64,000 nt of DNA from Ramazzottius varieornatus (GCA_001949185.1 BDGG01000001.1:572128-636127); one strand, 5' to 3'. Shown: positions 11,391-23,850, counted from the stretch's first letter. Numbers and translations: made by a program. Notes: generated from the sequence alone by a model not told the origin.

Positions 11391-14300
11391 CGAGGAGCGA
11401 GGCCTTACTTCGTCCACGAGCATACTTTGTACAGTCAAGTTCTGCAGGCGGCGATGTTAGCTGCCTAGCTTGGTCATAATCAGCTGACCATGTTCACCGC
11501 CATAAGACACCCACAGAAGAGTGTACAAAGTTTTCGCCGTTCTGATTTTTCGTTGAAATCAGGGCAGAAGCCAATATGCACCACAGCCTGAACACTATAT
11601 TTCTACTTCCGCTGTCACATATGGTACACTTAGCACTTTGCGATGCTGCGAATAATTGTTTTCCGTAGTGGCGCACATTTCAGTGTTACTGGTCAGAAGC
11701 GTGCGCCACTTGGGAGAATGATGTTGTATTTTTCAGATGACGCACTATGTAGTACATTTAACTGGTAGCGTGCGCCACTTGGGGAAACGATCACGGCGAG
11801 TTTGTTGGCTGAGTTCCTACATTCTTCTTTCTCAAAGATGCAAAACGTCACAGCAGCTAAACAACTGAAATCTCAACACAACGAAGAATGTTTATATACC
11901 CTCTAGGTATTCTTAGCCTTCGACTTTACGGCAGAAGCTCTCGGTTTAGTTTTCGGTAAGAGGAGTATCTTGGCTTTTGCTTTCGAAGCTGGCGCTGACG
12001 GTTTCTTTCTGGGAGCTGGAGCGATCTTCGTCCGTGCCGTGGCGCGTTTTGCTCTGGTCTTCAGAGGGGACACTTCGGGATCGTCTATCGGAGAATCAAA
12101 GAGCGACTGTGGTGCGGGAACGTCGTTTGCTATCTCTGCTGCCACCTGCTTAGCCGTCTTTCTCTGTCGCTTCGGTGGAGATTGACAAGGGTATTCTTGG
12201 GTGGCGGGGCTGTCATCTTCGCAGCCTGTCGCGCTTTCCTCCAGCGCCTGGATGTTTCGCTTTCGGTTTCTCAGACCTTTGGCTTTCGCTTTGTTCTTTT
12301 CCATCGCGGCTTTCTTTGTGCTGATGTAAGCACTCTCGGTAAGGATTCTTCCGTTAGATACATCCAGACGGCAATCTTTTTCGCAGCGTTTCTTTTGAGG
12401 AGCGCTCCGCAGCAAGTTCTTGCAGAACTGCACAGCCACGACTGAGCCTACCGATTCTCCTGTCATAATCTTTCTGATCTCCAACAGGCAGCTGGTTGTT
12501 TTATCTTCGGAAAGGCGAATCTTTTCGCGAAGAATCTTCGCGATATCTGCGAAATATTCTTCGCTTTGAGCTTCATTGTGTTCGACGACTTCTAAGCGAG
12601 GATTCACCGTGCCTCTGAGCAGTTCGGCGTCAAACGGATACATCCCCGTTTTGCGGAATCCTTCCTTCATAGGTCCACCTGGAAGGAGGACGGGTAACCT
12701 TCGCACGACCATAATTTTTGAAATCTCGGCACAAAAGCTCGACAAGATCGTTTTCCCAAGTGGCGCACACTTTTGGCCAGTATTATCGACAAATTGCGCC
12801 AGTGGAGAAATCGATCTGGTCGACATTTATTTACCGAGCTTCCATTTGGTTTTCGTATCATCAACTCGTTGGTTCATGATTGCAGATAGCCAAAAGATAC
12901 AAGGGCAACCTTGGGTGGCAGATTCTTACCTAAGTTAAACGAGTATGGCTGGAAGTTTGGATTCCAGAGTTTCACGATATGGGCAGGGAAGTTATGACGA
13001 GATACCTAGAATACAACAATCATATCGCCCCATTTTTTTTCATCGGTATGAAACTGCGAAGGGAAGACAGGTTTATGCCTCCTCACGTCGATGGATGTGT
13101 CAACCCTGGAATCACGAAGATACATATGCCACTTCTGCTTAACTCCCCCGAACACCTCTTTATCCAGTGGCTGCAAGAAAGCTGTTTGTCCAGAAGGGAG
13201 AACCACTACTTGGATTTCCTTCTCATGCTCCATACATGCCAGGAGAAAGGCGATACAGCTCAGATGAGAGGAATGTCCGTCGAAAATTAATACGTTCTGC
13301 GAAAGAACAAAATTCACAAGGTTTACCTTGGTGTCATTCCGGCAGTGCACAGTGGAAGGTGCATGAAACAGAGGGAAGTATTATCGCCACAACAGTTACA
13401 AGAATTAGCTTGGGGCAAGTGATGGAGGATAGAAATTCCTTCTCCAGGAATTCGGTTAGCACTTCGGTGTCCATTACTCCCGAAGAATTCGTGCCAACGT
13501 AGCACGCATCGTGAGTTTCCCGGAAGTGAGACTCAAGGTGCATCTTGCCTTTGTAAAGAATCAGCGGCCGAAGCATCTTACCAGCTGCACTTCCCATAGC
13601 CAGAAGGGAAATATTTTCCCGATCGCTTTCGCTGCTTTTCAGGTAGCCCACCGCTTCCTTCACGCCTCTCTCCGCGTACACCTTGTAGTACAGTTCAGCT
13701 AGCCGAAATCCCGATTCGTCTAGGTTCCATATCCCATTCGGATCATCAAGGAATCCATCGTTACTCAGCTTCTGTAGGAGGGAAATCCATTCTCGCAGCG
13801 CTGAGCGGTCCATTCCCTCGAATTCTTGAAGCTCAGTGCGCTCAGTACCCGTACAGAAACTCCACGGTTTCTCCGAAGAAAATTCCGGTGCAATCGGTCG
13901 GTAAACTTAGCCCAGTTCATGCCTACAAGCAACCGGTACTATCGTTCATGCATGTTCGACCGGAAGTCAGCTGTTCGGACATTTCATGTTCAACAGGTGG
14001 CTGATGTTATCCAAAGGTTATCCATTCGTACGAGCGACATCCAAGCAACATCAGGCTTACCTTTTGCAATGGCGATGGCTTTGACAATCTTGATCAAAGT
14101 ACGTTTACCGAGCGGAACACCAATCTTGGAGCAGCGCACGAGAATTTCGGTAATGTCTTCCTCTTCTTCCATTGTAAAGGTACTGGGACGTCCAGCCTTC
14201 TTTCCGTGTTTCCCGTTGACTTTATTGGCGAGAGTTATGTGAGGTATCTGATATCTCTCGGCGGCCATCCGTATGGACATCCCGTCGTTAACAGCAGTCA

Positions 14301-14918
14301 CTGCTGCTTCTATGTCAGGATGTGTCTGCACATATCGCCGTTTCCGAGGTATGTCCATGGATTGCAGTTGAGCAGGAGCAGAAGGGTAGTCTTCAGAAGT
14401 CGCCGAAGTCACTGGAGAACGGTTTGCAGCCATCACGAAGACAAGGTAAAACTTGGACATTACAAAAGAAGAGGAAGGATAGCCTTCCAGCAAGACAACT
14501 TCAGCCGAGGAGGTAAACAATGCGTTTTCGCTTGGAAGTGTACAAAGTTTTTGCCGTTCCGATTTTGGTGAAAAACGGTCGTATGACATCATCACTAACG
14601 TTGGCCACACATCAAGAGAAGTGTGCTTCTGCTCGGTCGGGCACATATGTGTTTTACTTGTCCCGGTCTGTTGTGCCCTCTGCAGAAAGCGTGTTCCCTA
14701 ATATCGAATGAAATTCCCCAACGACTTCCGCTCAAGAATTTCTCCCGTCATGATCATTTATCTGATCCCACTTTTGGCTGGATAGAAATGAAGCCAAGTG
14801 TTTGAAGGTACTTGTGAATTATTTTGGGGTTTTTATAGCGAAAGGTCAGTGAGAAAACCGTCAGTGGAACAAGTAGTCGCCTGTCCGGCAAACGTACAAA
14901 GTAGAGCCTCGCTCCTCG
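11391..14918 (-). mobile_element. pogo/Fot-like DNA transposon (3.5 kb)
   Basis: TIR cgaggagcgaggccttactt / aagtagagcctcgctcctcg with TA TSD; contains a transposase gene. Confidence 0.9.
11903..14433 (-). pseudogene. pogo-family transposase (HTH_psq, CENP-B HTH, DDE_1, basic C-tail), spliced and frameshifted
   Basis: 'MSIRMAAERYQIPHITL..KV', 'GRPSTFTMEEEE', 'IWNLDESGF', 'IFDGHSSH', 'LQPLD', 'GFRKTGMYPFD'. Intron 13923-14060; apparent frameshift near 13795. Confidence 0.88.
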
Positions 14919-15419
14919 TACCTAAATTACGAGTGAAAAACCACTATGCCCGAATTATGTCGTTTACGTCGTAGGGGTGAGCTTGACCGCGCCTCTTCTT
15001 AAGAACATGCCACGAACTTCATACCGCTAACGGCATCCGTGCTATGGGGTGGAAACTCACCCCACTGTTTTAACTGGCCAGATCTGAGTGACGGCTCCAG
15101 GTTTGACCAATCACCTAGTTTTCGGAATTTTTGAATTTCAAATCTTAATGACGTCACCAGCTGGTGGCGGTTTTTTCACCAACACGATGGAACTTTGTCT
15201 CACTTCCCGATCAATAGTCAGTGCTCGTCTGACTTGATACCTGGTTGCAGTAGACTGTGTGGATATCTCATTAGCCTGGGAGATAAGCCTGACGCAGTAA
15301 CGTCGGGAACGGCGGATGTCAGACTTTCGCTTGTCCAAAATTTTCCTGTGGCTGATAGATGGTGGTCACGTCTTTAGACGACGAACTTATGCAAGGCTCG
15401 GCGAAGCTAAAATAAGCCG

Positions 15420-16391
15420 CTTTAGCCGTTCTTGGCCGTGGCTAAAAATATTTTAGCTGCTTTAGCCGCGGCACTGGCAATTCGACTTGGACAGTCTTCG
15501 GTTTTCCCACGTTTCGGTACTTCGGCTGCGGTTTCCGAAGGTTTGCTTTTCTTTGCGACTTTTAAAGCCTGTCGAGCGCGATCTCGTTCCTCGATCGCCT
15601 CGACGTACTCACTGTCAAGGAAATTTCTGCCCCTCTCAAGAGATAGTCTCTGGTCCTTCGAGCTTCTTTGTTTCTTCGGCTGTGATAATGAGAAAGCTTT
15701 ACTGACGGCAGCTCTTAATTTTTTTAAAAAGCTTAGTCAGGCGCTGGAATCTTGGGCGAATGTAACTTACTTCAAAAGTATGATCGAGACGTCTGGATGC
15801 CTTATAGTTATTCCACTTCACTTTCATACATCCAAAGGATGGCAGAAGGATCCGAGAGGTATCCTTCGATCTGGAGGTGACTCAGCAGGTTGATCCAGTC
15901 TTCGGCATATTCTACGGTCCATTCCCGGGCTTTTTTCCGATCTACACTGGATCCCACACGAAAAGAATCTTTTCCATGGTCACGCATGAAGCGTCGGTGC
16001 CACTTCTCACTGAAGGTTGTGCCAATCTGTCAAGAAACGCAGAAATTGTCTCTCTGAACATTTGTCAGGACTAAAACAAAAACAAACCTTCGCCAAAGCC
16101 TATTTCATCCACGAAAGAGCGCAGATCATGCTTGTTCATGGGGAAGCCGCTGTTGCCAAAGGCCATCAGCATGTCCATTAGTAGAGCCTCTTCTGTCTCG
16201 TCCAGCTTCGTTGGTCGGCCCTGCTTCTGAGCCATCGGTGATCTTTCATACCTAACGATAGTCATCCAAGGAACACCAAACGTGAGCGAAGCTATCCGCA
16301 CTGTCATCCTGTTGGCCATTGCGCGAACTGTATCCTTCAGGCTTTCCTCCGTGTACGTTCGGCGATTCTTGTTCTTGAAACCTTCCGACAT
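15420..16391 (-). pseudogene. Second pogo-like transposase relic lacking the DDE domain
   Basis: 'YTEESLKDTVRAM...VRIASLTFGVPWMTI...GRPTKLDETEE...GFPM' is HTH_psq/CENP-B-like. The C-terminal piece near 15560-15690 ('PKKQRSSKDQRLSLERGR') resembles 'PQKKRCEKDCRLDVSNGR' of the neighbouring transposase. Confidence 0.75.
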
Positions 16392-16910
16392 TTTCCAGTT
16401 ACTCCGGATCCGTCAAATCGAGATTGAAAGAATGATTTACGAAGGAATACATGTACGTGTAGAGAAGGACGAATGGCACTGGCCATTAAAAAGCGAATTA
16501 CGGAATGTTCAATTGCTGACGTCACACGACCAGCTTCTATATCGATGTAATATTTTTTGCGTTAAATTGCCGTCACTCCGTGCTCCCCACATTTTTGTCC
16601 ATCCTCACATTTAGGCCAGCTGCGTGTACTGTATCGTTCTGTCGGTCATGAAGAACATCAGGTCCGAGCTAATCTTATATATTGCGGTAAGCCAGAAAAC
16701 ACCAAGTTACTTGATGAGATAAGTCACGAAGTTCAAAGACGAGACACACCGTGGAGCTCGAAAATCGTCAAAGGTAACCCAAGCTAATGGGACAGGATTG
16801 CCTTCAGGTACCGGGTTTTTCCGGCATGCGTTGTCCGCCCGTCCAAGCTGTCTTGGACTCTCGGTCCACAGCAGCAATCGCTACCGTCCAGGGATGGCCA
16901 TGAAAATTCA

Positions 16911-17052
16911 CGTGGCGGAGTGGTCGAGTTGGCGCCCTCTGGCGGTGCATGTAAGTTTGGTGGTGACCAAATCAGCGGGCAACTGATGGCCTTAACTGCT
17001 CACATGGCTTCCATGCACCGCCAGAGGGCGCCAACTCGGCCACTCTACCTCG
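16911..17052. mobile_element. 142-bp palindromic MITE-like element
   Basis: Arms of about 45 bp: cgtggcggagtggtcgagttggcgccctctggcggtgcatgtaag / cttccatgcaccgccagagggcgccaactcggccactctacctcg, followed by TA. Confidence 0.8.
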
Positions 17053-18604
17053 TACAAAAATCCGCGAATTGTAGTGACTAGGAAGTTAACATTAAAGTCA
17101 CGATAAATGCAAGGTTTCCACCTGCCGAATCCATTTTGTATGTCATACAAAACGAAGCCTTATGGCCTAAACTCGATTGGCCAGAATCGCCGTCCGGCCA
17201 CCACTGCTTCAGGCCAATACTATAGCACAGCGATATTTTTAGCCTTTCAATGTTAGGAAACCGTTCTAGGGCGAGCGGCGCTTCCCCGAGCGAACAGGAA
17301 CCGTTCAGTTTCTGATTAGCGAGTGCCATGCATATTAAAGTGGCAAGCTCCACCCTTTCCGGCTCCTCCCGCAGGCAGACTGTTCAAATCGGATTGGTCA
17401 GCCAAACGTACTGCGGACTGGTCGATTTTATTTCCTGAATATTGTTATCAATCAATAATCAACACGACACTTCAATCAACCGAAGTTGGCAATCAGCCAG
17501 ATGGAACACTGGAAAAATCAAAGCATTAGCTAGCACGGAGCTAATAGAGCATCGAAACGGGTTTTATCACACAAACATGCAGAGATGAACGACGGAAATC
17601 CCTCCAATAACATCAGCGATACAGAAGGCAGCAGAAATCTGCAGAAGAACAATACAGCTACATAAATCTTCAGCGACATCGCGCCAGGATCAGGTGGACT
17701 CCGATCTCTTGACTACAATCGCAAAACAACCGTCCATTACTGAGGGATCAAACAAGACTGAGCAAATAACTGCAGTTTGGTAGTCAGGTCTCAGTGAGGT
17801 GAACTTACTTGAGAAGGACAGGAATTCTGGTCGGGAGGAAAAAGTGCAGACGCGGACTGACTCGATCCTCGGTTTTAGTGACTAAACTGAGACGTCGTAA
17901 AGATGAAGCTCGATGTCCGAGGTTTCTTCTCGAATCCTAGCCGCTGCGTAACAAAACGGTACACTGGCACGTGAGATTAGAGCGAGATCAGAACTTCCGG
18001 TGAAAGTGACTTGAAAGCGAAGACTGAAGAGCTGCGACGAACCACGGGAAATTCCAAAGAAAATCGAACGCCTCAAATCGTTCAGCCGAAAACACAGAAC
18101 AATCGGGGCGATGGGTGGCCTTACTGACGTCAGGAGGTCGTACGTCACCATGCATTTAGTGGTAACTTCAATGTTACATTCGAATGTAACATTGAAGTCC
18201 ATTTTCCATGCCTTTATTTTCTGCTGGAAAGATTTTTGTACGAGTACCACCTGCATTTTCCTGACCTCCGCTGTCACACCTCGCTCTCGCCTGGCCACCC
18301 CTCGCTGGTGGCACCATCAGCATCGGCGAGGGCGTGCGCACAAAATCTGGGGTGAGCGGATGGAACTGGCGCACTCTGCTGGTGCATGGTAGTCTTGTGG
18401 CGTCTAATCAGCGGTAAAATTTGAGTGTTGGGACGCCACAACATCTCAATGTCCTGAAGAGAGCGATAGTTAATTCGCCGACTTACTCCCCTGATGTGGT
18501 AACATACACATATTACGTAAGCAGTCGATATCAGGAACCGCGACCCCTACTCCGTCTCGTAAGTACCGCACATGATATCTAAGAGCATGCGCAGTACCTA
18601 ATAT

Positions 18605-18725
18605 CCCCTTTTATACCGTAAGATTCGGACAGCCATCCGCATGTTCGAAAATCGATTATATGCTGCTCAACAGCGGTCAAGAAAGTAAGTAGAACAGCAC
18701 GCGCATAAAGTTTTGAGTTACTACG
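18605..18725 (+). repeat. Dispersed repeat also at about 44148-44265
   Basis: Shared core agcggtcaagaaagtaagt(a/g)gaacag(c/t)acgcg. Confidence 0.65.
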
Positions 18726-18737
18726 GCCATTATCACA

Positions 18738-19150
18738 GAAAAGATAAAAGCCATGTCCATTCCACTGGACTCGAAAGACCAGTCAAATTCGTTCGCATGA
18801 ACAACATAGCCAGCCACCTGTGTTTACCTGTTTCTCATCTTTTGCGCCATTAGACCAGGTTCGATGCTGGGTTTACTTGCGAGATGTTCACCCGAGGTAC
18901 TCGTACTGCCGAGGTCTACGCGTTGATGGCCGAAAGCCGTTCGGCTGCGTTTGCCGTTTCTATCCTTTTTCAGTTTGTCACTGTAATTAAGTTATGCTGT
19001 TCGATTTCGAACGATATTGAATGGTTTTTCACTTTAAAACGTCCTTCGCGCCTACACGTTTTCGCTTTTTGCCGCCGTCCAAGTTTTCTGTATTCCCTGC
19101 ACGTGTTTCAATGTTTCGGAAACCAAAGGGATGGAGACGGAAGGTACAAG
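18738..19150 (+). pseudogene. 3' fragment of a fourth GLUT-like paralog
   Basis: 'CVYLFLIF', 'EMFTRGTRTA' and a final-exon match ('YTF...QVF...FNVSETKG'), with stops and frameshifts. Confidence 0.75.
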
Positions 19151-20521
19151 GTAAAACTAGTGGAGTTGTCCACGTAAAGCCCCATGGGAGAGTTGTTCGC
19201 CCCGGATCTCATCATCCGGTTATCAGACCTCGTCATGTTTTAATTTATCCGACAGGAATAAACGTCTATCTATTTGTCGAACATAGAAAGTATACACAAA
19301 AGAAAAGCGGATATGTCGAGAGACCTTCGCCGGAAAGAGTCGACGCAACGTTAAAAAAGCCTGTTTATTGAAAAATCAGCTGATTTTGATCGATCAAGTT
19401 ACGCTATACATGTGTAAACTGTTGAGGGTGAACAGCTCCACCATGCAATTTCACATGGACAACTCCGCTAGTTTTGCCTCGTATATCTGCTCGTTTGAGG
19501 AAGGAATGGCAGGGAAAATTCCCAGTGAAAACACGGTCGTTGTTGCGCTGTGAACGCTGTGCACTTTATCTTAGCACTTAAAAGACCAAGGGGGTACTCC
19601 GCTTGCCTGGCTCACTGCAATTACCCTCCGGAATGGCTCCTCTTGAATCTCCCCTCTGGGATTTTCACGTTTGCTTCCGTAAACTTTATCTCTTCGAGCT
19701 AAAAAAGACGGGCACTAGCTAGCAGCTTTCTGGAAGTTCGGAGAAATTTTGCCGTTCTTGGCCAGATTTCGTCCTGAGCCAGTCAAAAAGTGGCGAAGGT
19801 TATCTATTCCCCTTGTAGTCCCAGAGCCCGGAATCGTCTGGTCTTTTTAGTGTTAAGGATACTGAATCTTATCGTTGATCCAGATTAGCTGAATTCTCAT
19901 CTTGCTTTGCAGTTTGCAAAAGGTTGTTTCCGTTACTAATTCAGGCCATTGGGCTGGTTCTATAGAGTGCCACATTTCCCTGATCAAAAATGTAGCGGTC
20001 AAGTTCAATATTGATCTTCCGAAAAACTGTTTTTCCAGTTCGTTGCTATCGTGACGGCTGTAGGGAGAAAAGACAAAGGTTCTCTGAGCACCTGACGCCG
20101 GTAATGTAAACACTATACGACTTGCTTTTGCAAACCATTGACGCAAGAAGAGACATGGTATCGACAATTCGCAGAAACAAGGCGTATAATGGTCAGATTA
20201 ACCACGTCAGATATTGAAAATTTATGCCTAGTTTCAGTCACAAGTTTCGAAAGCGGACAATTCCGGTGAATCATGGGTTATTCGATTATGGTTTCATCTA
20301 AATTATAACTAATGACTTCTCTCCATCTCCCAGTCTTCTTTTCTCCATCTTATCCATTCTTCCGCTTTGGGTATCAAAGAAACAACTCCGGGGGACAGGC
20401 ACGCTTCTCCCCGGATCCTTGTAGGTTATTTCCACATCGGTACAGCGGAGAATTAGGTCATAGAACGTTTGGCTGGATTGAGTTGTGCTTTCAGAATGTT
20501 ATGCTGATTCTGATCCATAAG

Positions 20522-22847
20522 ATGTCTGAGCAAGAGCCCAAGGTGCCATGCGTGGAGTGTGGGGAGCTGTTTACGGCCAGAGGTCTTATCGTTGATCCAG
20601 ATACGCAGGAAAGCCAACGTGCGTGGCCAACCAATGGAGAAACCAACGACAAGCGACGCAACTTCCGGTTGAAGTATCCCGGACAAGCTATGAACACAAG
20701 CTACTCCGATGTGTCCAAACATCGAGAACGCTCCGCCGTATCCCTAAAGGCGCCAAACAGTCTCTTACTTTGCTCGTGAAAGCTAACATCAGTCGTCCAG
20801 AAGCACGTTCGAACGTTCCTGCGAAGACAGCTAGCCGAAATAAGCCACCTGATACCGATACCGTCCTGCGTGAAAGATTAGAAGCCAAACTCAACGAAGG
20901 AGACATTAGCGGTGCGGTGCGGACTCTCGCTTCGTATGATTCCTTAGCGCCAAGAACCACAGAAATGCTGGAAGCTCTACGGAAGAAGCATCCGGTCGAT
21001 CAGCCTGCTATCGACGAGCCAATGGATGACGACGTTCCAGCAGCTGCTCCCGTAAGAGCCCAAGAAGTGCGCAACGCGATTTTCAGCTTTTCTCTAGGAT
21101 CTGCTGGTGAAGCTGACGGACTGAGACCGCAACATCTGTAGGACATGACTGCAGGTCTGAATGACGTCATGTCAGCCGACCTACTGGAAGCGCTGGCGGC
21201 CTTGACTACCCATATCCTAAACGGCAAGGTTCCAGCCACGATCTGTCCCTTCCTATACGGTGCGTCCCTGACCGCTTTTATCAAGAAGGATGGCGGCATT
21301 CGTTCCATCGCGGTTGGCTGTACTCTACGTCGCCTAGCTGGCAAAGTGGTCAGTCGGGTTATGGCGGAGATGGGTGCCCAGCTTCGACCAGAACAAGTCG
21401 GCTGCGGAACACGAGGCAGTGCTGAGGCAGCAGTCCACGCTTCTCGTCTCTTCTTAAGCAGAATCAACGCCGAGTGTCAAGTTGTGCTGAAGCTTGACTT
21501 CAAGAATGCTTTCAGTACTGTTTTTCGTGGTAGGTTGCTAGCGGAAGTGAAGAAAGCTCTGCCGGTATACTTCAACTTCGTCAGTCACATGTATAGCCAA
21601 CTTTCCATCCTCGTCTACGGTGACCAAGTCCTGCAGTCTGCCCGTGGTGTCCAGCAGGGAGACCCGTTAGGACCTCTTCTCTTTTGTCTGGTAACCGAAA
21701 AGCTTTCCAAGTCCCGGAAGTCCGACTTCAGCTGCTGGTATCTCGACGATGCCACAGTTGGAGGGGATGTCGACAGAGTGATTGTAGACTTCCAGCGGGT
21801 AGTTCATCATTGCGAGGTCCTAGGTCTTGAACTGAGCATGGACAAGTGTGAGATCTTCGTCTTTGGCGGAAGCAGGAAGGAACAGCTGACAACAAAGTCA
21901 CTCGCAAAAGCCATCTTCCCGACTGTGACTACCCTCACCAGTGTGGTCACATCTATGGTTGTTGACTTCGACCGGATGAACTGTGCGCGGCTGAGCTGAC
22001 ATCGTGGATGTAGGTGTCGTAAACTGATCTTCCACGGGCAGCCCTTCGCGCCTTCCAGCACACGTGGGACTTGCCGATTGTCGAAAAGAACTTCAGCGAA
22101 GTCCTCCAAGCAAGCTCTTCAACGGAAAAGGCAAGAATGTTGACGGTATCGACGAAGGAGTCAGGAGCGTGGCTGAATTCCTTGCCGGCATCCTGCCTGG
22201 GGAACCTCCTCGATGATGACAGTCTGCGCATCTCGGTAGGTCTAAGCCTGGGCGCGCTTGTCTGCGAACCACACACCTGCAGATGTTCGGCAACGGTCGA
22301 TGTCTACGGGAGACACGGACTTAGCTGTAGGTACAGTGCTGGTCGGCACAGCCGGCACTCGACCCTGAATGAATTATTGCGCCGTGCTTTGGTCACTGTC
22401 AGTCCCACGCGATACTCGAACCCAGTGGTGTGCTGAGAGACGACTTGAGGAAGCGGCCCGATGGGAGGACGCTGGTTCCTTGGAAGAAAGGAACGTGTGT
22501 GGACACGCTCTGTGACAGTCATGTTGGTGAATGCGGGTTATGCGGCCAACAAAGCCGAGGATCTTAAATGGGCGAAGTATCGGAACCTGGAAGGCCGGTA
22601 CTTTTTCTGTCCAGTTGGTGTCGAGACCTACGGTACTTTCGGTCCTTCGGCTGCGAGCCTGCTCAAAGAAGTCGGGAAGAGAGTTGCGGATCACACGGGA
22701 GAAAGAAGATCCTCTGAATTTCTCAGACAGCGTTTTAGTGTGGACATACAGAGGGGAAATGCTGCCGGTGTTTTGGGAACCTTTCCATTCTCTCGCGGTC
22801 TAGAAGAAATCTTTTATTTTCTGGATACTCGGAACCGGGAAGTGTAG
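20522..22847 (+). mobile_element. CRE/SLACS-like non-LTR retrotransposon (RT + restriction-like endonuclease), defective
   Basis: N-terminal CxxC, 'DGLRPQHL', 'KKDGGIRSIAVG', 'LDFKNAF', 'GVQQGDPLGPLLF', 'YLDD', CCHC-like 'CRC..VDVYGRHGLSC...GRHSRH..LN', 'KRPDG..LVPW', 'K.AKYRNL...FCPVGVETYG'. Stop at 21139 and several frameshifts or deletions. Confidence 0.9.
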
Positions 22848-23439
22848 CTTGTTTTTGTCTGTTACATCTTTTGAAATTTGAAAATTTTTCAACGCAGTCA
22901 ACAGCATTATGGCTTACTATTTACAACAAACACAATTACGGCAGTAATAATTGAACTATTAATATTCACGAATGTATGGTTTGGCTGCACTCAGGACTCT
23001 AAAGACCATTCTCTATGTATCAACTTTCACATGTAATTAGGACGATGAGCGGAAGTTTCTGACGATCACCTGACGGATGCGGAAACTGATGCGACATTCA
23101 CACCCCGACATCTTCTCACAATAAAGTGCATCTCGCTCTTCTAATATGTTTGCACTCAGGGCTCCCTGAACTGCCAGTCAAACAGGCTGTGAACGACCCC
23201 TTCTGTTCAACATCAAATTCTCTGCAATCTGAAGCCCGAAATGGTGACACCTGTCGAAAGAGCCTGTGCAGCTAGTTGACTTGCCTTGACGGTGATGAGT
23301 GCAGAATCAACTCTGACTACATCTATCCTAAAACTAGCCCTGGTGATTGAGTACAGGTCTAAACCGCACTATTGTATGGGTATCGGCGGCCCAATCTAGG
23401 GATAATGACCGCTGGACAAATTCTTCAGCAATCGACTTT

Positions 23440-23850
23440 TAAGTTTTGGGACCCCAAGGGCAAACTTAAACTGCTGATGCAGTCTAGTGTCACAGGCATC
23501 GAAAAATACGATGCGGCAACCCATTCAGCTGTCTGACCAGTGGTCAGATGGCTATGTCAGGGAAGGACTCAGAGGGTTCGAGTTCCCAATTGAGAAGGTT
23601 TTGAAATCAAAATGACGGCCTACAGCTCGATAATGCGGCCGCCTTTGTTTTGACGCGAAACCGCCATGTGAGGGTTATTGCAGCTGGTAATCACCTCTGG
23701 AATTTTCGGAGAAACCTTCGCAAAAGAGTCAACAGTTTTATTAAACTTCTATCCGTGGCGAAGCTAGCACTCGATGCCCCGGAATATTGCCAGTAATTTC
23801 ATGTCGGAAGAAAGTCGTTTGGAGCTGAAAATATTATCCCCAAAAGTGAA
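23440..23850 (+). repeat. Old dispersed repeat with coding-like divergence (copies about 9935-10320, 23440-23850, 31950-32360, 40720-40935)
   Basis: Shared blocks gacca(g/c)tggtca(g/a)a, aaacc.c(a/g)..gtg.gg, aa.ggcgaaca, acttct(a/g)tc.gtg.cgaagc. Confidence 0.75.

Larger units (their letters stand above)
11119..14971. mobile_element. MITE (about 320 bp own sequence) split by a nested pogo element
   Basis: TIR cgaggtaaacgacataattcgggca (11119) / tgcccgaattatgtcgtttacgtcg (14971) with TA flanks. An uninterrupted partial copy at about 33520-33632 joins the two halves. Confidence 0.85.

Noticed and set aside
16911-17052. tRNA gene or tRNA-derived SINE (TGGCGGAGTGG A-box-like; GGTAGAGTGGCCGAG resembles a tRNA-Leu 5' end)
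   Set aside because: No B-box/TpsiC arm or cloverleaf; the sequence is a two-armed palindrome with a CGAGG/TA end.
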